A DNA stretch of 64,000 bases from Klebsormidium nitens (lineage: Eukaryota; Plantae; Klebsormidiophyceae). Shown here piece by piece: positions 12,601 to 23,500 of this stretch (positions are counted from its first letter, which is position 1; each line of letters begins with the position of its first letter). Location: NCBI GenBank assembly GCA_000708835.1, contig DF237111.1, positions 62,001-126,000 of the forward strand. Direction: 5' to 3'. The position numbers were made by a program, and so were the translations under genes. The notes under the pieces are model-generated. The model had not been told where the DNA came from. It ran no database searches and was given only the letters and a program-made list of their open reading frames with translations.

Positions 12601-15600
12601 GCCCTTCCCCGAGAGGATGACGTACTGGCTCGCGCTGACGTCATACCTTGCGATTCAACGGGTTCCTCAGCCCCACTTATTGCAGATCCTGCGGCAGTAT
12701 ACCGACGACTCGGAAGAGGTAAGACTTTGTGAGATCACCGACTTTACTCAGTCAGTACGCACGTTTCTGGCCTCTTGACACAACCGGCTTTTTTGTCCGG
12801 TAGCTGGGCGGATGTGTCAAAGCAAAAGTTCGGAAAGGCGGCGACGCCCTCGCTCGATTTTCGTGCAGACGTCGCCGGCGAAGTTTAGGGGCCGAATCTG
12901 CAGAGAGCAGTAAATGCGAACCCCATCGGACGATCCGCAGGGTTGAAGTTGGGGGATGCCCCCATCGATCGACGAATCCGAACTTTTCTTGCCGGGACCA
13001 TGAGCGTGCCTACTGACTGTACTAGGAGACAACCACGTGGCGCCTGCAAGGACTTTTCGTTCATACAGTCCGGTCTATGAATCCATCAGATTCAACTGAG
13101 AGACGCATGTTTCATCCTTTTGAACGAGTTCAACCCGAATCTGTTATCCAACACTTTGCTTTACAAACCATTTGAGGAGACCGACTGCCACGCTCCTGGG
13201 TTGGTCAGCTCGTTGGCCCTCCATCGACTAGAACAGAGTCTGCCTTCTTTTATGACGTCAGACCGTTATCATACCTTCCCAAACCCTTCTTTCCATACCG
13301 CTTCGCAGGCAGCCCGGCTCGCCATGCTGGCAAAAGGCGGTCCCAAGTACACGGAATGGGCTCTTGGAAGCCACTCTCTATTGGAGACGCTGTACCAGGT
13401 TCCCTCGTGCAAGCCGAGCGTTGGGCACCTCTTCGAGTGCCTCCCCCACCTGCAGCCGCGCATGTACTCGCTTTCCTCCTCGCCGCTGTATCTTCCGGGG
13501 GAAGCGCATCTCACGGTCGCAGAGGTAAATGCTGGAGTGTTACTCTTTGCGCTTGTTTTGGTCTCCAGCCTCTCTCCAGCCCTGTTCCACCTCCGGATTC
13601 AAAAAACCTGAAACCTGGCAATCAATTGCACGAATGGACTTCATACAGTACATTTCAAGCGCCGGAAAGAACGACTGCCGTGCCTAAAGGCGAAGTGCAA
13701 ATTATCCTTAGGTCTCCGCTGGTGGGTTGTTCAATCTCGGAAAATAAGGAAGATCAAGAAAGGGCGCAAGGATCTAAAATTGGGAGGTGATCACTTTCAA
13801 CGGAGCCCAATTGCCCACACGCCTCTCGACCCACTTGTATTCGCTCAACAGTAACTCAGCAACCAGATCCTAAGATCTTTACACCCCAAAGTGAACTCTT
13901 GAACCCCAATGTTCACCCACTAGTCTACCTCACCAGGTGATTTACCAATCCCACGAGCACGCGTGGCGGCGCGGCGTGTGCTCCACGTTCCTGGGAACGG
14001 AACGCATGATTCCGTCCTCTGCGGCGGACGACCGCCAGAAACTTCTCGGGTTTGTGATGCCCAACCCGGGGTTCCTTCTCCCAGAGGACGTCCGTACACC
14101 AATCATCATGATTGGCATGGGCTCGGGAATTGCTCCCTTCCGGGCCTTCTGGCAGGAACGGTTGGTTCGCGCCGAGGTGAGTGACGCTTCTCTAGAGCAA
14201 CCTGCTAGTTTTAGTGCAGCATCATGTGCAAGTTAGTCATTCTGCTACTAAGTGGAAAATTTTGAGTCAGTTAACACCGATTCTTGGCAGGAGTGGTTGG
14301 TTCGCGCCAAGGCAAGCCTCCCGGTCTACAATTCTTGTGTCGATACGACTGATGTTTCAAGAAACTCAGGACGTCGTTCTCTGTCTGCGGAAAGTAACAA
14401 TACTGGCTCAGACGCTGCCTCCAGTTTGCCGCGTGAATCGGGCATACGAGATGAGAACGACGAAACGAAAACGAGAGCCCTTGCGAGAACGAGTCAGCTC
14501 GTAACCAGTCCGTCTAATCTGACGTTCCAGTCTCAACGGCTTATCTTTGCAGAAACTTTGGTGAAAATGTTCAGAGATCCGGTCCCTGTTTGGTGACCAA
14601 AAAGCAGGAACCAAGTTTCGTGGCGTTGTTTACTCCTTCCAGTTGATATTCGCGGCGACCGCGACAGTGCTACCACTGCTATGCAGACGTCCGCGATCCG
14701 TTTTTCGAAGTGCTCCTTAATCCGCTGCTTTTAACCTGTAGGAATCAAAAAGTGGTGGGCAACTTGGGGATGCGCTGATGTACGTCGGTTTCCAGAGCAG
14801 CGTCAACTCGTGCTATTTGGACGAGCTGCAAGACGCAAAGGCGGGTGGCGCGCTTTCTAAGGTAAGGGTAACTGAAGTAACCCTAGTGGGTTCCAGTAAC
14901 CAGCCCAATCATACTCATTTTCAGCCAGGTGGCCGTCCACTTGTTGAGGTGTGCGACAGGTTCCGAAGAGAAGTCCGGTACTGGGGTGCCTTGGTGTCGG
15001 GAAGGAACGGTAAAGGTCTTGTCGGCTTGAAGGGTTGATCCATGGATTCGCGAAGGAAAATTCACCGTTGTGCAAGACACGTTGTTTTTAGAACAGGGAG
15101 CGCGTAGGATTGAGAACGTACTCATAGAGGGCTAGGAAAAATAGGGGTTCCGAGTTCTTCTAGGAATCTGAATTCAGGGTTCAGAGACCAAATAGGTCTT
15201 CGACTTTGATTACACTGCCAGCTCTGTCAAAGTACGTGCGGATATGCGCCATGCAAACGAAGTGCTGCGGTCAACGTTCAGAGACGTGGCTTAACTTTTG
15301 CGTCGCCAACAGTTACAATCAAAGGTTGAGGGCTTGTCGACTAAACAGGCTCCGAGAGTTCTTTCGCCGAAAATTTCATTCGTAAGCACGAGCCTGGTTC
15401 AATTAGCCACAGGGCAATACAACTTGACCGTACACGCTTTCAAAACCACAGTTTGGCACTACTTTGTGCAAGCTCTTCTGGGAGGACGCGGTTCCGCTGA
15501 GAGTCGCCTGTTTCCATATGCTTTTCTACAGCTGCGAGTGGTGTTGAGCCGTGAGGGAGAGCGCAAGTACGTCACGCACGCACTCGCAGAGGATCAGTGG

Positions 15601-16587
15601 TCGCTGTGGCACAATCACCTGAGCAAAGGGGCGGTGGTCTACATCTGCGGGACAATCGACGCCGCAAATGACGTCAGATCCACCATGCTGGATGTCTTGA
15701 AGGAGGTGGGGGGAACGCGTTCACAGTCGCAGAAGCTTCGAGACAGCAACGATCTGCGGCGATTGTGAATGAATCCAATCGGCGGAATGTAAACCAGTCC
15801 AATTGGCAGAAAGGGTGGAAGTGGGTGGCCTGCAAATGCGCGTAGAAAGGCAAGGGTTAATATCTAGTAGCAAGGGTGTTCCGTACTCGCGCTTTGAGTT
15901 GATGTTTTTGACAACCGACAAGAGTCGCTTCGCTTCGTCGGTCGCTTACCAGCGCTCAGGTAGTCGGCTTTTCTGCGTGAATTCTTTCAGATCCTGGCTA
16001 TCGGCGATCACTCAACGGGAATTACCTTTTACAACTCAACGGTGCTTCAAATTGCAGGCCGGAGGCATGGCTGAAGACGAGGCTGCAGCTTGGTTGGAAA
16101 GCGCTCGCGACAGTGGGCGGTACAAGGAGGAGGTCTTCGGCGAGAGTACCCAGTCCTACTCAAAGACACGGATGGAGGCACGACTCCGGAAAGCAAGGTA
16201 CGTTTGCGATCTGTCGTCTCGTTATGATTAACTAAAAGTCAGCCCCGTGGTTGCTTTACGCACAAGCGAAAACCCTGTCTGACCTTGGAAGCACGTGTCA
16301 AGCTTTCAAAGGGAGCCTCTTCGTAGATGGAAATTTTGCAGAAAGTATAAGAAGCTTGGCCGCTATGGTTCTGCTTTTTGCACGGTTACCAAAGCTTCTA
16401 GGATTTTTTCGACCTTCTCTTGCCCAAGACGTACAATACTGACCGCTTTTCCCGGCCCCCTCCGATCAAATTGGTGAACATTTGTGCTCACGCGTTGACT
16501 TGCAGGGCAAAGCTCCGCACTGCTTTCGCCCTCCTTGGTGCGAAGGGGATTCAGCGCATCTTGGAAACCGCTCCACCAGACCTTTAG
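3641..16587 (+). CDS. Cytochrome P450 - diflavin (FMN/FAD/NADPH) reductase fusion; carries an in-frame TGA and a 1-nt frame break in this assembly
   Basis: Exons: ATG 3641-3643 (ATG|GTGAGT; alternative ATG 4043), 4049-4210, 4695-4983, 5388-5673, 6179-6419, 6995-7243, 7807-8056, 8524-8682, 9130-9403, 9759-9959, 10339-10617, 10892-10976, 11202-11440, 11909-12032, 12492-12718, 13309-13524, 13937-14176, 14742-14861, 15532-15705, 16058-16197, 16506-16587. All introns are GT-AG and phase-compatible except for a break inside 7807-8056. P450 motifs: WLLHR (WxxxR), RETLRLYP (ExxR), HRDRNVHPDPD, FPFSVGPRSCAG (heme Cys 9218-9220). Reductase motifs: ASTHGTS, STFG, ALGNSVYPSFC, LQPRMYSLSSSP, GVCSTFL, GMGSGIAPFRAF, SREGERKYV, VYICG, RYKEEVFG. 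First and last exons are less certain. Confidence 0.9.
5102..5137 (+). repeat. Intronic echo of P450 exon end plus donor
   Basis: gggtgtcagacacggctgccgcaag|gtaagc copies 4958-4995. Confidence 0.9.
14285..14316 (+). repeat. Intronic echo of reductase exon end (donor GT to GC)
   Basis: tggcaggagtggttggttcgcgccaaggcaag vs tggcaggaacggttggttcgcgccgaggtgag at 14150-14181. Confidence 0.85.
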
Positions 16588-17528
16588 ACGACGATACGCT
16601 GCTGAGAAGCATACCTCCGAGTCTGGTCGTACGTTCAGCTTTGGAACCTACTACTATCCTGGCGCGAAAGGATTGTTCTTGAACCAGCCTTTTTCAAGCA
16701 CTTGTTGGCGGAGACTCAGCCGTACTGGTCGTTGTATACGGCCCCGGAACAATCCTGTGTTTCAGATTGGATTCACGGTGGCATGCAGCGGTAACAGCTG
16801 ATGCTACCCAGGGGCTCCTTAGGGGCCCGCTCCCAATTTCGGTGACTGAAGCCTCGATCATAGGTTTGCAGCACATGGCATGCCTACTATGGTGACTGAA
16901 AAGATGTAATAGCGAAAGGTTGAGCCAGAGCTTCGATCTGGGTTTTGCGTAGCTTAATTGCAGATATGCATGTCCGATCGGACCACATATTGAACGTACT
17001 GGCCCGGGCTGTCCGACAACGACACGGTGCATGACGCCACGGTGCGGCTTCACAGTATAGCGTACAGCCATGGCCGCAACGAACGAAAACTTTTGAATCT
17101 CAACCAGCATGCACGTGTTGCGCAGTCATATGCATGAGCGAACTTCAGTTTGGAAGAGTGGGCAACCATCATTGAAGTTGTCCGACTTACCGGCTGGCGC
17201 ATCCGACAGTTTGCAAAGCTATTCTGACCGGATACTGGCACTGACAACATGCTTGCATCATGGCATGCCGCGCAGGCTCCATGGTTGCTCAAACAGAAAT
17301 TTCAAAAGTGGTGTCAATGAGGGGCCTGTGCGCCATGAGCCAGACACAGAACAACCACATGGAAATTGACTCTGACCTTCTCAGCATTCATCTGAACACC
17401 AGTACTGACATTCAGAAAAAGGCGTGGCTTGACTGTATATGAAGCGGTTTCCGGCCTTACAACACTGCTCGACACGGTAACATTCACACCTGTACCGACA
17501 CTACGACTCAGTTCGCTACTGGATCCCC

Positions 17529-20500
17529 TCAGCTTGCGTCCATCGCATCCGTTGCCACTAGCGTGTCGCTCTCGTGCTGCACAGCATTAAACTTCTCCGC
17601 TAGAGTACCGGTCCGAACCACACCACTCAGGAACGTCTTAAACTTAGCGCTGCTCGTCTCCGCATCCGGGATCTTAGCGAGCGAGTGAATGGCCCTCAGA
17701 GCGCTTCGAATCATGTCCTCGTTCCGGTCCACTTCCTGCTTCACGGCGTCCGTCTTCACCTTCTTGGTCACCGTTGCTTGCAGAGGCTCCACCAGCGCAT
17801 CCAACTCTGCGGCAAAGCGTGGAGTTGAGAGTTGAACCGGGACGTGCCCTTGTTTGTCAAAACACCCAATCTAAATCCTACGGCTGTCAAAATCGCTGCG
17901 CTGACTTAAAAAGCGTTTGGTTGGAGCTTGCTACCAAGCTGCACCGGAACTCAGCGCTTACAAAATTCTTTGCTGTTGGAACGACCAACCGTGCTTTTTC
18001 TGGAAGATTCGTTGTTCAATCCGGTTGATAAACGTGAGCTGCAGGCCATCTTCTCGAGAAGAACTTCCGAACCAGGTTTCCAAGATCCTTTCTGATGTTT
18101 TAAGGTCTGCATAGCCTGCACCAGTTCTACACTTTGCCAAGCCGCAGGGTAGAAGACTCGTCATCAGAATTCCCTCAGCATCACATAAGCTTGGCATCAC
18201 ATTACGGATATGTACTAACACCCTACTCAAAGAGCAGCGTGACATCACGCTCACCTGCGACAACCGCCGGCCCACATGTGACCGCGAGCTTGGACAGGAT
18301 GAGGTGACACGGCATCTTGACGTCAGCGTGATCCCCGAGGCCGCTCACGAGGTACGGGTTGATGAAGCGCGACGGGTCAATGCGGTCCAGGCACGCGTCG
18401 AGTAACGTGTCCATGCACTCGAAGGCCGTCTTCCGGATTTCCAGGCCGTCGTCGATTGTGTGCTTGAACGGGCCTAGGTCGACCACCCTGTAAAGGTTTG
18501 CGGCAAAGGGATGAGAACTTGGTTCTTGACGATGGGCCTTGAAAACGATCTGCTTTTCGAAGGGGCTTGAACGCCTGTGCTCTTAGATATGAGAGCGCTT
18601 TGGCCTGATGCAGTCAGGACGCATAAGAAGGGGCTTCAAGCGAAACGCCTCACTTCGAGATCGCATAATCGGGCTACTCAAACACCGATCGCCCTTGCAA
18701 TCAAAGAACGGGCAGAGGGGACGAAAGGCACTGCCTGGGACCAAAGTTACCAAACCAGACGTTTATAGTGATACGAATCGTAAACCCTACGTCCCCAAGC
18801 TTTGCAAACGCGATCGCACCTGATTAGCTCCTCCTTGACAAGTGTCAGGTCGTACAACTTGGGCCGTATCGAACTCATGGACGTTACTTCACTTTTGAGA
18901 CCAAGACCACTAGAACAGCTTAGACCCGAATTGCAAACTCTGACCCACCTGATGAGCTTCTTATTAAACAGCGTCAGGTCGATATAGCTTCACCAGTTTT
19001 CGAACCCTCAGGCACGCCAATCATCCTTAACATCCGCCGGAGACAAAAGCACTGACGTAGCTCACACCCTGAACTTCAAACCCAACCCAATCCAGAAATC
19101 TTAGCCAACCCAATAGTAGCTATGACCCACCTGATGAGCTCTTTCTTAACCAGCGTCAGGTCGTACAGCTTGGGCAGCAGCCCCGGGAGGTGATCCGCCA
19201 CCAGCCCGGCCTTGTTGTGCGCTGCCGTGCTGAGCGCCGACACCGTCGCGCGCCGCACGTGGCGGTCGGAATCTTCGATCAAGCTCAGGAACTCGGCGAT
19301 CGACGCCTGGATGAAGGAATCGACGGCCTGCGGACCCTCCACGATAGTGAACTTGAGGGCTGTCACGACGGTGGCGCGCGTGAACGCGGACGGGTTCTTG
19401 GTGTGCTCCTGCGCAGGGTTTGCGGGGTTGGCGTTAGCTTTAGAGCAAGTAGGACGAGTCTTTGGAGTGATCTTGTGCACGGTTAGACTGGCGGGGGTAG
19501 GGTGAAAATGAAGTGCAGTATGTTCGTTTGTTCCGTGGTTTTCACCTACTGTGTTTGGTGTACTCTTACGACAAAAGAATCAAAGATGCACGGTCTTCAT
19601 GCCTTTTTTCGATTCTTTTATGTGTGCTTCCTGCCGTGATGCGCAGCAACGTGGACGCTCTGAAGGAGCTTCGGGTGTCTGAGTTTCGTGGTCGGAGTGT
19701 TCAGTCCAGTCGTTTCATTCATTCGTTGCGGAGGTTTCGTAAGCGGATTTGACAAGCTTCAATCCTCACAAATTAAGCGGAAATCTGTTCCGGAGCAGAC
19801 GCAACTTCTTTCAAGACTCTTCAAACAGCTGGACGGAGCAAAGCAATCTGAGTTCACGGCTTGGACTCTTTTCGGAACAGGAACTCTGTTCCCGAAGAAG
19901 CGATGTATCCGTAGATCAAAGCCGCTGCCCAACTGGTACAATCACGAGTACGTTATGCTCAGCGGTCATGTTCTTACCTGGAGGTCCGGTACAATCCTCG
20001 CGGGCTCGATAAGCGCCAGCTTCCCGAGGCACTCGGCGACGACGTTCCGCACGCCCTCCTCCTCGCTCTCGCAGTGGGAGAAGAGCAGCCGCAGGATCTT
20101 GTCCACGTCAGCAGACTGGAGCTCCACCTGGCGGGACACGTGGACGGGCTGCCGGGCAATCACCTGCAGACAAAGGGAGAGACTATTTGAGGATGTTTCT
20201 GAGGAAGCAATCCAGGGAAGCAATCCAGGAAAGCCAGCTGCGCTGCCCCCTAAATTGGTGTTTCTCACCAGATTGTCCTAGCGGACGACTGAGAATTGTG
20301 ACTTTCGAACAAATATTGAAAAACTTGAGAGAGTTTGAGAGAGCTCCGCACCCAACCTGACGCTTTCGTCTATGAGAACGGGGTGCACTAAGAACAAGAA
20401 TGGCTCTACCCTTGCCGAGTCGAGCTTCGACAACTTGCAGGGATAAACAGCCTTTGGTCGGATCAAAATTCAAGAGCGACTGTGCGTTAAAGTTGCCGGG

Positions 20501-23500
20501 CGAATGCAGCGGGCACCTTACCTCCTTGAGCGAGTGCAAAAGCAGGTATTGCTGCTTGGGCTGCGCGTCAATTTGCGCAAGGATGAAGCCCAGGTACTTG
20601 TGGAGGTTGCCGACCGCGATGTTGCCCAGCGAGTAGGAAGCCGCGGCCTTGATCTCTTCGCTTGGAGACCTGCGGAAACGTGCAGATTATAGGTTGAGTG
20701 TCTTTGAAGACGGTCAGGGAACTTCAACCATAGAGAAAAAGGCTCAAAGGATATGTCCTGAATTCAGAAGAATCATCGATCTTCAAGCAGTCGGCGTTGC
20801 AACCATGCAGGCGAATAAAAGGCGCAGGGCTATTAGGAGATTGAAAACGGTCTAGCAAGCTTTTAGGAGCGTGGAACGAAGTGCGTGACCGGTAACGACA
20901 CCTTATGCGCTGTTGCAAGGAGACGAGGCTCCAGCGAATCAAATCGCAACCAGCTAAGGGCCGGATGACATTCCCAGTCCTTACAAATCCAACCATTCGC
21001 CAGTCCTGCGCTTCCTCCTCAGATAATCCACGAGGAGTTAAGTAGTGCGACATCAGCGATAAGGCGTGAACTGAAATGGGCAAAAGGTTACGTTTCTTCA
21101 CGTACCCGAACGCGCTCGTGACAATCCCCTCCACGTCCGCGTGCTTGCTCAGGTCCCGCCGCCGCCCGATCTCGCCCAGCGCCAGCAGGCTCAGCAGCTG
21201 CACCGGCTCTGCGCCCTTCGCCCCCGAGTCCCGCAAATTTTTGATCAGCGTCTCCACCGTCGATTTCACTTTGGCATCCCCGGCAGCCGTACACAAAACC
21301 GCCACGCACTGCGCGACCGAGTGGTATGCTTGCTTGCCGGCCGGGCCAGTGCCGGTGGGAGAGCCCAAGGGGGCGGTGATGCCGGAAGAAGAACCGGCTG
21401 CCGAGCCGGAGGGTTGGGGCTTGGCCGACGCAAGGAGCGCGCTGAGGAGAGAGTCGAAGCTGGCGGTGTTGCTCTGGACGAGTGCGGCGAAGAAGGCCTG
21501 GAGGGTCTGCAGGGGCGGAGAGGAATGGGGGAGTGTGAGTCAAGGGCGTTGTGAAATCGAGAAGCAGTTTGGCTGTTTGCTACGTTGCTCAAGCAGTGAA
21601 GAGACGGTTGCTTGAGCATATTTGCATCTGATTGATGTCTCCATTGGTATCAAAGAAGAGCTTTCAGCGGCGCCTCAAAAAGATCGCTGCGACAGTAGTA
21701 TGTTGCGGGTCTCTCGGGAAAAGGCTTGAGTGACCCCTCAGGTGTGACGGCACAGCACATTGACTCTCTTCGATAGCAACAGCGGATGAGCGTGCAACTA
21801 CAGAAGCGGCTCTACGCGAGCAACTCTTCCAACTCATTTTACACACCCAAGAAAAGGACAACAGATGCTTGGCTTTCCGCGGACCGACCTGGAGTGCCTG
21901 CCCCTGCAGCAACGAGCTGCGCACGAGCAGCAGCGTCTGCGGGAGGACCTTGTCCCGCACGGCGCCGCCCGCCGCCTGCGGCTGCTTCGCGACCATGCTG
22001 ACGCACAGCGACAGCGCAGACGCAGCCATCTGCAGGTCCGAATCGCTGACGAGGCCCGACAGCTCTCCAACGATTGCCTCGATGCTCGGGGCGTCTAACT
22101 GGGCACTGTAGTTGGTGGCGAGGGCGTCGAGCGTGGAGAGCGCCGCGAGGCGGAGCGCCCGGTTGGCCTTGCGGAGGAAGGAGGTGAGTTCGGCGACGGC
22201 GGGGGCGAGGATCGGGGAGAGGTCGACGTGGAGGGGCGAGCGGGCGATGGTCTCGAGGGCCTGTAAAAGGACGATATCTGTATGTTTTCAAGATGTCTTC
22301 AAGTCCTTGAGCGTCAATATGAGGGTTACAATTCTCCAGATCGTGCTTGAAATTGAGTGCAACAAAATGAATCCTGCAGAGCATTGACCGACGGCGTGTT
22401 TCAAAAAGCTCCTTGGAAAGTACTCCCTGCTTTCAGCTACATCGCAGAGTTGTAAGTAAATGCGAGGCGGTGTTCTTCCACAATCCAGTTAATAATGGAG
22501 GGCAATGTCGAAACTACGCGAAGCCAGATCAAGTCTCCTTGGACCTAGAAGTTTCAATCCAACCCGATACTTTCACCGCAGTCGATTCAACCCACCTTGA
22601 CAGCTGTCAGGCGCGTAATCTCATTCCGGAGGCGGTCCAGCAGCAGGTTCAGGCTAGTGGGCAGTTCCGACTGGAGCTTATCCCCCAGGATGGAGATGAC
22701 GAGCCCCGTCGCAATGATGGCCGACTCCTTCACCTCCTGGTCCTGGTCCTGGGCGGTCAGCCGCTTCTCCACGGCGCCATAGATCGGCCGGACGTACGAC
22801 TCGAAGGCGAAGCTCTGCAGGCAAACAAACGGTCCATCATTGTATCCCGATCCGACGACGGGTTCCAACACTTTCGGCCTTCTGCAGAGCAACCTGGGTA
22901 GAAAGCAGAAAAGGCAGACCCAGGCTCGAAGAACGTTGACTGCCGCGAACATGGCGGCCCTTTTTTAAATCAAAAAAGGGGGTCTCTCTTTTTCCTTCCA
23001 GCAAAAGTTACAGCAGGACAGATTGAGTGCGCCCTTTACTTCAAGCGGAGGTAGTGCTTTTAATGCTTGGAACTGCCTTCGAAAAGGTCCTACACAAGGC
23101 ATCTTCTCACCGTGACAAAGGGAAGCGGCAGTCACAGTGGAACTCTGACCGGAGGTCAAAGATTTCAGAAAGGGATGACATTGAAAAAGGACCTATTCTC
23201 ACCTGGCCAGAGGCTGGCCGAATGACCTTCACTAGCTCGCCAGTCACTCGCAGCGCCTCGGATGTGACCTTGTAATACCGCTCCCCGACTGCTGCCAGGA
23301 CAGGCGATGAGAGGGCCTGCAAGATGGATACGGGCTGAGAACTTGCTCCTAATAGGACCGTGCAAAAGACTCCGCTGGCTGGACAGACAATTGCTTCGCA
23401 CGCGGACCAACCCCCAAATCAACGCCGAATAAAATCTATACCCTCAGGTGAAGCACCGGTTCGAAATGACGCCGTTACAGGAGTGGTAAAGCTGTGTAAG

